From an uncultured delta proteobacterium (GTDB taxonomy: Bacteria > Myxococcota > Myxococcia > Myxococcales > Myxococcaceae), in assembly GCA_963776345.1 (NCBI GenBank), contig CAVZMH010000002.1, forward strand, positions 46,604 to 110,603: a DNA stretch of 64,000 bases, given 5' to 3'. The notes beneath the pieces are model-generated. The model saw only the letters and a list, made by a program, of their open reading frames with translations. It ran no database searches and was not told where the DNA came from. A program made the translations under genes and the position numbers. This document shows, in pieces, positions 56,992 to 64,000 of the stretch (positions are counted from its first letter, which is position 1; every line of letters starts with the position of its first letter).

Positions 56992-57756
56992 ATGGCTCGC
57001 TCCGATGCCCGCCGCCAGGCCACGGGCGGGCTTCGTCTCGCCATCGCGGCTCTCTTGGCGCTGGTCGCCTTCCGGGCCGATGCCTCGGAGTTCTTCGGGC
57101 CCTCGGAGGGCCTTCAGCTCTGGCCGGAGCTGAACGTCATCGTCAGCGCCGGAGACGCGTTCCGGATCATCGGGAGGGTCGAGCCCAGCTTCATCCCTTC
57201 CCAGGACGCGGCCACCGGGGGAGTCAGTCTCTACGGCGACTGGCTGGTGGCCCCGTTCATGCCCGCCCTCCTCACCCCCGACGTCGCGAAGCGGCGCCGC
57301 CTCGACGTCCGGCTCGGGCTCTCCTGGTACCCAACACGTGCTGCCGGGGACGCCAGCGGATCCAAGCTGCTCCAGCTCGAGCTGGAGGCGACCACCCGGA
57401 CCAACGTTCCCGGCGGCATCCTGGTCACGCTGCGGTATCGCGTCGAGGCACGGTGGCAGCTCGAAGAGCCCACCTCGTTCACCTGGCGGCTGCGTTTGCG
57501 CCCCCAGCTGGAGCGCGAGTTCATCCTCTCCCGGGAAGCGGGTACCTCGCTCACCCCCTTCGCGAACGTGGAGTTCATCTGGTCCACGTCTCGGGACAAG
57601 TGGGACCAGTTCCGCATGCAGGCCGGGCTGCAGCTGGGCACGAACTGGTTCGGGAAGGGGCAGGTGATCGAGGTGAATGGCTCGATCATCACGTACCTGC
57701 AGCCGGCCCGGAGCCACTCACCGGCCGTTGGGCTGGTCTTCTACCAGTACTTCTGA
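56992..57756 (+). CDS. DUF2490-like outer-membrane beta-barrel protein
   Basis: Signal peptide; QLWPEL, R.R.E.RW, WRLR.R..LE, PF..VEF, C-terminal YQYF. Confidence 0.78.
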   Translation: MARSDARRQATGGLRLAIAALLALVAFRADASEFFGPSEGLQLWPELNVIVSAGDAFRIIGRVEPSFIPSQDAATGGVSLYGDWLVAPFMPALLTPDVAKRRRLDVRLGLSWYPTRAAGDASGSKLLQLELEATTRTNVPGGILVTLRYRVEARWQLEEPTSFTWRLRLRPQLEREFILSREAGTSLTPFANVEFIWSTSRDKWDQFRMQAGLQLGTNWFGKGQVIEVNGSIITYLQPARSHSPAVGLVFYQYF

Positions 57757-57840
57757 GGAGGGGACGGGAACCGGAGGTATCGCCCCGAGGAGCTTCTACC
57801 TAGTCCAGATGCTCGTTGAGGTCGTCGTGCTCGAGGCTGC

Positions 57841-58113
57841 GCGTTCGCACCCCCCGCGCGCAGGCGGTGGCGATGGTGCGCTGAAGGATGGCCCGTCCGG
57901 GCCAATCGCGGCTTTCGCGGCCCTGCTATTCCATGATCGTTCTCGATCGCGTTGCCAAGGAGTCCGTCATGAGGGCGCTGCTCTGCACCCGGCTCGGTCC
58001 GCCCGAGTCTCTCGTCCTCACCGAGCGGCTTCCGTCGCCCAAGCCGTCCGCCGGCGAGGTCAAACTCAAGATCTTGGTGGCGGGAATCAACTTCCCCGAC
58101 ACGCTGATCATCG
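57841..58113 (+). pseudogene. Truncated duplicate of the quinone oxidoreductase 5' region and its upstream sequence
   Basis: Near-identical to 58482-58775. Lacks the 19-nt CGGGAAAGCCAAGGAGGTT segment and breaks off after NFPDTLII. Confidence 0.9.
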
Positions 58114-58456
58114 GCGCCGGCCGCGATGCGATGCGCCGGACCGAGGGGGCGTCGGCCGGCGTGCCGGTGCGCACGGCGGTACTTCTGACCCGGATCGCCC
58201 AGGACGTGCAGTCAGTCACCTTTCAGCGAGGAAGTCAGTCGTGACCACCGTGACCCACGCAGTGAGCAGCACCACCCCTCGGCGAGGCGATTCGTTGCTC
58301 GGGCGCCTGGCGGCCCTGGTCGCCCACATGCGCTCGACGGCCGCGGAGGGTCTGGAGGTCACCATCGCCCGCGCGGTGGACGAGGCCTTCGCCTCCCTCG
58401 CTCGCGAGTTCCGGCACTGACTCCGGGAAGGTCGCCGACCGTGGCCTGGCGGACCC

Positions 58457-58535
58457 GTGGCCAACCTCCTCGGCCCGCTCGGCGTTCGCACCCCCGCGCG
58501 CAGGCGGTGGCGATGCCGGTGCGCTGAAGGATGGC
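58457..58535 (+). repeat. Degenerate copy of the 3' end of the hydrolase-LuxR gene
   Basis: GTGGCCAAC.TCCTCG...GCTCGGCGTTCGCACCC..GCGCGCAGGCGGT.GCGATG..GGTGCGCTGAAGGATGGC matches 60674-60750. Confidence 0.9.
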
Positions 58536-58630
58536 CCGTCCGGGCCATTCGCGGCTTTCGCGGCCCTGCTATCGGGAAAGCCAAGGAGGTTTCCATGATC
58601 GTTCTCGATCGCGTTGCCAAGGAGTCCGTC

Positions 58631-59614
58631 ATGAAGGCGCTGCTCTGCACCCGGCTCGGTCCGCCCGAGTCTCTCGTCCTCACCGAGGGGCTTCCGTCGT
58701 CCAAGCCGTCCGCCGGCGAGGTCAAACTCAAGATCTTGGTGGCGGGAATCAACTTCCCCGACACGCTGATCATCGAAGGAAGATATCAGTTCAAACCCGA
58801 CCTGCCCTTCGCGCCGGGGGGCGAGGCCCTGGCCCGGGTCGCGGAGCTCGGCGAGGGCGTCGAGGGCCTGGCTGTCGGCGATCGGGTCATCGCCTGCAAC
58901 GCGTTCGGAATGCTGGCCGAAGAGGTCTGCCTACCCGCATATCAAGTCATCAAGCTGGCAAGTCCCAAGCTCTCGGACTTGGAGGCGGGCGGCTTCCTGA
59001 TGACCTACGCGACCTCCTACTACGCCTTGAAGCAAAGGGGCGGACTCCGCGCGGGACAGACGCTCGCGGTGCTGGGGGCCTCCGGCGGCGTTGGTCTCGC
59101 GGCGGTGCAGCTCGGGAAGGCCATGGGCGCCAAGGTCATCGCGTGCGCCAGCACCGACGCCAAGCTCGCAGTGTGCAAAGCCCAAGGCGCCGACATCTTG
59201 ATCAATACCCGGACGCAAGAGTTGAAGGACGCGCTCAGGGCCGCCACGAACGGCGACGGGGTCGATGTGGTCTACGACCCCGTCGGAGGGACCCAGTCGG
59301 AGGAGGCGGTGCGCGCCTTGGCCTGGGGTGGGCGGCTGCTGGTGGTGGGGTTTGCCAGCGGTTCCATCCCCCAGCTCCCACTGAACCTGACCTTGCTCAA
59401 GAGCTGCGCGGTGGTGGGCGTCTTCTGGGGCGCGTACGCCGCGCGCGAACCCGAGAACTTCCGGCAGGACATGGCGGAGCTCTTCGCGCTCGTCGACGCG
59501 GGCCGATTGAAGCCGGTGATCAGCGGCAGCTTTCCGCTGGCGCGCGGCGGCGAGGCGATTCGCCAGCTCACGGACCGCAAGGCCATCGGCAAGGTCGTGG
59601 TCACCGTCGGCTGA
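58631..59614 (+). CDS. NADPH:quinone oxidoreductase (MDR/zeta-crystallin family)
   Basis: GINFPD..I..G.YQ.KP.LPF.PG.E, LGASGGVG, DPVGG, GFASG.IP, GKVV. Alternative in-frame ATG at 58595. Confidence 0.95.
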   Translation: MKALLCTRLGPPESLVLTEGLPSSKPSAGEVKLKILVAGINFPDTLIIEGRYQFKPDLPFAPGGEALARVAELGEGVEGLAVGDRVIACNAFGMLAEEVCLPAYQVIKLASPKLSDLEAGGFLMTYATSYYALKQRGGLRAGQTLAVLGASGGVGLAAVQLGKAMGAKVIACASTDAKLAVCKAQGADILINTRTQELKDALRAATNGDGVDVVYDPVGGTQSEEAVRALAWGGRLLVVGFASGSIPQLPLNLTLLKSCAVVGVFWGAYAAREPENFRQDMAELFALVDAGRLKPVISGSFPLARGGEAIRQLTDRKAIGKVVVTVG

Positions 59615-59671
59615 CGCGGCGTCGACATTCAGGATGAAGTGCTGCTCGGGTCGGGGCTACGTTTCCACGGG

Positions 59672-60742
59672 ATGGCGCTCCCCGTGACCCGCTACGCGCG
59701 CAGCGGCGAGGTGCACATCGCCTGGCAGTCGCTGGGCGATGGTCCGATCGACCTGATCTTCATCCCCGGCTGGGTCTCGCACGTCGAGGCGAGCTGGCGC
59801 TTCCCCGAGGTGGCCTCGTTCCTCCGCACGCTGGCGCAGGGCTGCCGGCTGCTGGTGTTCGACAAGCGCGGCACCGGGCTGTCCGATCCGATGCCGCGCG
59901 CCTCGACGATGGAGGAGCGCATGGACGACGTGCGCGCGGTGCTGGACGCCGCGGCGGTGCGCCGCGCGGTCGTGTTCGGAGCATCGGAGGGCGTGTCGCT
60001 GGCGATCCTCTTCGCTGCCACGTATCCCGAGCGCACGCTGGGCCTCGTGGCCTACGGCGGCTTCGCCTGCCGCCGCCGCACGCCCGACTACCCCTGGGCG
60101 CCGTCCGACAAGGCGAGCGCGAGGCTGATGGAGCTGGTGCAGCGCTCGTGGGGCGGCCCGATGGAGCTCGACACGCTGACGCCGTCGCGCGCGAACGATC
60201 GCCGCTTCGTCATGCGCTTCGCGTCCTACCTGCGCCAGAGCGCGAGCCCCGGCGCCGCCGCGGCTCTGCTCCGCTACAACGCCGACGTCGATTCCCGGGC
60301 CGCGCTCGCGCACGTGGCTGCGCCGGCGCTGGTGCTGCACCGCACCGCCGACCGCGACGCGAAGATCGACGAAGGCCGTTTCATCGCCCGCCACATCGCC
60401 GGCGCGCAGTTCGTGGAGCTGCCCGGCGCCGATCACTGGCCGTTCGTAGGCGATTCGGCGGCGCTGCTGGGGGAGGTGCACCGGTTCCTCGAGCGGCTCC
60501 CCTCGCTGCCGCGGCGGCCGGGCCGGCGCATGCCGAAACCGCCGCGCAAGCCTCCGGTGATGTCCACCCTCACCTCGCGCCAGCGGCAGATCCTGGAGAT
60601 GCTCGCCCAGGGCCGGTCGAACCGGCAGATCGCGCAGGTGCTCACTCGCAGCGAGCACACCGTGCACCGGCACGTGGCCAACATCCTCGCGCAGCTCGGC
60701 GTTCGCACCCGCGCGCAGGCGGTCGCGATGCTGGTGCGCTGA
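59672..60742 (+). CDS. Alpha/beta hydrolase-fold sensor + LuxR-type HTH regulator
   Basis: TRYARSG.VHIAWQ..G.GP, FDKRGTGLSD, GASEG, LPG.DH; LT.RQ..IL..LA.G.SN.QIA..L..SEHTV.RHV.NI..LG. Confidence 0.92.
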   Translation: MALPVTRYARSGEVHIAWQSLGDGPIDLIFIPGWVSHVEASWRFPEVASFLRTLAQGCRLLVFDKRGTGLSDPMPRASTMEERMDDVRAVLDAAAVRRAVVFGASEGVSLAILFAATYPERTLGLVAYGGFACRRRTPDYPWAPSDKASARLMELVQRSWGGPMELDTLTPSRANDRRFVMRFASYLRQSASPGAAAALLRYNADVDSRAALAHVAAPALVLHRTADRDAKIDEGRFIARHIAGAQFVELPGADHWPFVGDSAALLGEVHRFLERLPSLPRRPGRRMPKPPRKPPVMSTLTSRQRQILEMLAQGRSNRQIAQVLTRSEHTVHRHVANILAQLGVRTRAQAVAMLVR

Positions 60743-60751
60743 AGGATGGCG

Positions 60752-60808
60752 CACCGGGACCCAAAGCTGACGGAGGCCACCTACGGCCACCTCGCAACCG
60801 ACTTCCGT
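60752..60808 (+). pseudogene. C-terminal scrap of a tyrosine integrase
   Basis: HRDPKLTEATYGHL matches box II H-x-D-x-x-x-T-x-x-x-Y-x-H (Tyr at 60782-60784); directly beside att copy 2. Confidence 0.7.
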
Positions 60809-60832
60809 GTCACCCACTCCCCCAGAAACGCC

Positions 60833-60875
60833 GAAGGGGCCGGAGCTGCGCGGGGGAAACCCGAGCGACTCCGAC

Positions 60876-60881
<6 letters not shown>
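60833..60881 (-). terminator. Long GC hairpin downstream of tRNA fragment copy 2
   Basis: Plus-strand GAAGGGGCCGGAG...CTCCGACCCCTTC; a G-U pair fits the minus strand; weak U tail (GGCGTTTCT). Confidence 0.6.
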
Positions 60882-60919
<38 letters not shown>

Positions 60920-61080
60920 GGCAGTGTGGCCGCCGAGTGGCCCGGGTGCTTCCTGAACGATGGCACGCGCGCCCTCTCCGTCCCGAGCAGCGGGGCGTTG
61001 CGAGGTTCGGACTGGAACAAGGCCAGCCCGGAGCGGAAACAGCTAAGGCGCTTGCTCGGTCAGCCCGCAGTTCCGGGAGA

Positions 61081-61282
61081 AACCGGCTCGTCCCACCGCC
61101 TGAATTCCGCTTCCGGCCAGCCGTCTCGGGGAACCCGAAGGGTCGGCCGTCCAAGCCTGCGACCACGAAGCAAATCCGAAAGCTCGCGCGGCAACTCTCT
61201 GCTGCGCCTCGCTCAACTCGTCGAGGACGATGACCCGAGGGTGGCCCACCTGGCTGCCGTCGCAATCCTCGATCGCGGCTCC
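61081..61282 (+). pseudogene. Phage-like DUF5681-type gene remnant
   Basis: NRLVPPPEFRFRPAVSGNPKGRPSK...IRKLARQ in one frame, then LLRLAQLVEDDDPRVAHLAAVAILDRG in another. Confidence 0.55.
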
Positions 61283-61768
61283 CGCTCACGATGATGACCC
61301 GGAACTCACCAGAGTCAGCTCGAGCGTTGGGACAGCGAACAAAAGCACGCTCGCATATGTCAATCGCTCGCCGTCGGCGATGGCTCGCGCAACGGCGTGG
61401 ATGCAGCTGTGCAGCGAAGTGCCTGCACGAGGCTGCAGTTCGCCTGGTCGGCATCGCAACCCCGCGCCGGGTGACGCTATCCTTGGAGTAGACCCGCCGG
61501 CCGCCGCCACCTGCTCGGTCACCGAGGGGAGCACACGCGATGCCTGTCCACCGAAGCCGGACCGTTGTTCGCGGGCTTGTGGCAGCCGTCTACCTCGCCG
61601 CCGTCCATGGTGCGGAAGCCGCGGAGACCGGGGACTTCGATGGGCGTGCCCACAAGCCGTGCACAAACCTGTGGAAGGTGACGATCGCCACGAAGGGTCT
61701 ACGCCTGGGCTCCAACGCGTGACTGCTGTTCCTGCCATCCGCAGCGGCTCTCGTGCGTCACCACAGTC

Positions 61769-63832
61769 ATGCACACACTGACCCGTCGTGATTTTCTTGG
61801 AAGAGCCGCCGCGGTCGGGGCGACACTGGCCTGGGTAAGGCCGGCCCTCTCCGCAGTGCCCAGGTGGCGAGAGCGACGCGACCTCTTTCCGGAAGGCGTC
61901 GCATCCGGTGACCCCGAGCCAGACAGCGTCATTCTGTGGACGCGCCGGCCGTTCACTCCGACGGAGCGCGCGATGCTCACCGCCGAGGTCGCGCTCGATT
62001 CTGAGTTCCGCAAGGTGGTAGCGAGGGCGCGCGCGCCAGTTCTCGCCGAATCCGATTGGACCTGCCGGGTGCTCGCCGCGGGCCTCAAGCCAGCCACCGT
62101 CTACTGGTATCGATTCGTTGACACCAAGGGCGACGGCAGTCGCATCGGCCGGACCATCACCGCACCTCACCGAGACGACCCGCGAGCGGTCCGCTTCGCC
62201 TTCGTCTCGTGCCAGTCGGTCAACGAGGGCAAACAGCACGCGTGGCGGCGCATGCTCTGGGAGGACCGGCACGCGCCCGCCGATGGGCGGCTGAACTTCG
62301 TTCTGCACCTGGGCGACTTCATCTACGAGGTCGTCGAGTATCCCGAGGAGGTCGCACATCGTTACGACCGGACGGTCTACGAGGTCTGCCGGATTCCCGA
62401 CGGACGCAAGGTCGGCAATTTCCATGTGCCGACCACGCTCGAGGGCTATCGCGCCGTGTATCGCGGCCACCTCGCCGATCCGGACATCCAGGATGCCCGC
62501 GCCTGGTGGCCGTTCGTCTGCATCGGCGACAACCACGAGTTCTCGTGGCAGGGCTGGCAGAGCACCATCAAGTACGGCGGGAAGTCAGAACCTGCGCAGC
62601 CGCTGCGGGTCGCGGCGAACCAGGCGTGGTGGGAGTTCATCCCCTCGCGGGTCGCGAAGGCCTCCGGACCGGGACTCGAGCGGTTCGACCCGCCGGCGGT
62701 GAAGGTCGCGCCGATCGATCGGCTCGATGCGGACGGGCTGGGCGACGAGCCCAACAACCGCGCGGCGATCGCCAGCATGACCGCGTACCGCGCGCTGCGG
62801 TTCGGGGCGCACGTCGAGCTGATCCTGACGGACATGCACAGCTATGCCATGGAGGATCCGGGGTCGCGGGCCGAGACCGACCCACTCGGTTCGGACGACT
62901 TCCCATTCTTCTTCCCGCAGGAGGGGATGGAGATCCTGGACGGCGGCCGCGTGCATAACGACGGCAAACCGCCCGAGACCATCGCGTTCGGCTCGAAGAC
63001 GATTCCCAACTTCCGCAAGGAGGAGCCGCCGACGACGATTCTCGGCCGCGAGCAGAAGGCGTGGTTCAAGAGGACGCTCGCCCGGTCCACGGCGACGTGG
63101 AAGATCTGGGGAGCCTCGAACGGCACGCTCGACTGGCGCGCCGACCCTCAGAACTTGCCCGGGGGTCTGGCAAAGACCGCATGGCCGGGAGCGGGTTATG
63201 CCTGCCTCGGAGGCGGGGACCTGAGCTCGAGCTATCGCGAGCGCACCGAGCTGTACGAGTTCGTCCGCGACCAGCGGATCGAGGGGTTCGTCACGGTTTC
63301 GGGGGACCGGCACAGCTTCTGGGCCGGGTACGCGGCAAAGGACCTTCCTCCCCGGCCTTTCGAGCCCATCGGGGTCGCGTTCATCTGCGGGTCCATCTCG
63401 GCCCCGGGTCTGGCAGAGGCGCTCGAGCACGGACTGAAGGGCCATCCGCTCAGGCCACTGTTCACCGTCGAGCGGGAGAACGCGCGGTATGAATCCACGG
63501 TCAATCTCACGCTCAAGCGCGGCGTTCGCAGCGCGCTCGAATATGCGCGCTCCGGCGACCTCGTGGCAGCGCGGTCTTTGACCAACCCCGACAACGCGCC
63601 CCATCTCGAATTCATCGACATGGGTGGCCACGGCTATGCCGTCGTGACTGCGAAGGCCGAAAGGCTTGCAGTCGAGTTCGTCTGCATCCCGCGTCCCATC
63701 AGTCAAGTACTGAGCCGCGATGGCGGACCCTTGCGCTATCGCGTCATTCACACCGTTCCACGGTGGCGCGCAGGCGAACGCCCCAGGCTCGAGCAGCGCT
63801 TCATCGAGGGTCAAGCGGACCTGTCCATCTGA
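61769..63832 (+). CDS. phoD: Alkaline phosphatase D family protein (Tat-exported)
   Basis: TRRDFL Tat motif; F..GVASGDP, ILWTR, GRT.TAP, AFVSCQ, LHLGDFIYE, DNHE, SGDRH. Confidence 0.93.
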   Translation: MHTLTRRDFLGRAAAVGATLAWVRPALSAVPRWRERRDLFPEGVASGDPEPDSVILWTRRPFTPTERAMLTAEVALDSEFRKVVARARAPVLAESDWTCRVLAAGLKPATVYWYRFVDTKGDGSRIGRTITAPHRDDPRAVRFAFVSCQSVNEGKQHAWRRMLWEDRHAPADGRLNFVLHLGDFIYEVVEYPEEVAHRYDRTVYEVCRIPDGRKVGNFHVPTTLEGYRAVYRGHLADPDIQDARAWWPFVCIGDNHEFSWQGWQSTIKYGGKSEPAQPLRVAANQAWWEFIPSRVAKASGPGLERFDPPAVKVAPIDRLDADGLGDEPNNRAAIASMTAYRALRFGAHVELILTDMHSYAMEDPGSRAETDPLGSDDFPFFFPQEGMEILDGGRVHNDGKPPETIAFGSKTIPNFRKEEPPTTILGREQKAWFKRTLARSTATWKIWGASNGTLDWRADPQNLPGGLAKTAWPGAGYACLGGGDLSSSYRERTELYEFVRDQRIEGFVTVSGDRHSFWAGYAAKDLPPRPFEPIGVAFICGSISAPGLAEALEHGLKGHPLRPLFTVERENARYESTVNLTLKRGVRSALEYARSGDLVAARSLTNPDNAPHLEFIDMGGHGYAVVTAKAERLAVEFVCIPRPISQVLSRDGGPLRYRVIHTVPRWRAGERPRLEQRFIEGQADLSI

Positions 63833-63906
63833 CGCACGACGGATCTTCCTGGGCGCGCGGCCGCTGGCCATGTGACCCCCGTGTTACCCACGAGCCCGGA
63901 AACGCC

Positions 63907-63955
63907 GAAGGGGCCGGAGTCGCGCGGCAGCAACACCGGCGACTCCGACCCCTTC
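63907..63955 (-). terminator. GC hairpin downstream of tRNA-Pro
   Basis: GAAGGGGCCGGAGTCGC...GCGACTCCGACCCCTTC, a 17-bp stem with one G-U on the minus strand. Confidence 0.65.
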
Positions 63956-63960
63956 ACCCA

Positions 63961-64000
<40 letters not shown>

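Noticed and set aside
58241..58420. 59-codon ORF between the duplicated segments
   Set aside because: Has a weak RBS but no recognisable motif; cannot be supported as a gene.

Overview
Very GC-rich bacterial DNA. Gene content (anti-sigma-like Ser/Thr kinase plus sigma factor pair, myxobacterial-type lipoproteins and outer-membrane proteins) suggests Myxococcota; this is an inference. Positions 1-52.8 kb look like ordinary chromosome: rlmH, gpmI, comF, a DUF3857/TPR protein, dsbD, fdnGHI-fdhE, cfa, mmsA, transporters, a Rieske oxygenase, a multiheme-TPR protein and an arylsulfatase. Positions 52.86-64 kb are a decayed, tandemly built island at the 3' end of a tRNA-Pro, with three att-like copies, integrase and phage gene scraps, internal duplications, and sulfatase/PhoD cargo. 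Main signals missed by the ORF track: (1) three UGA-recoded selenoprotein candidates with SECIS-like hairpins: an uncalled CxxU Rdx/SelW-like gene, a DedA-rhodanese with CSU, and FdnG; (2) a ~181-nt rod-like ncRNA candidate between gpmI and comF; (3) a tightly coupled 7-gene cluster (small lipoprotein ending in Trp, ferritin-like di-iron protein, YceI, CxxCH beta-barrel, second barrel, cupredoxin, zinc-anti-sigma/Ser-Thr kinase) followed by a sigma factor; (4) a recurring GCAACG-N15-YGWC ECF-type promoter motif upstream of four genes; (5) a dispersed REP-like palindrome family; (6) a phnE-like remnant. Three single-base frameshifts are probably sequencing or assembly indels. All family calls come from motif recognition by eye; no database searches were run.
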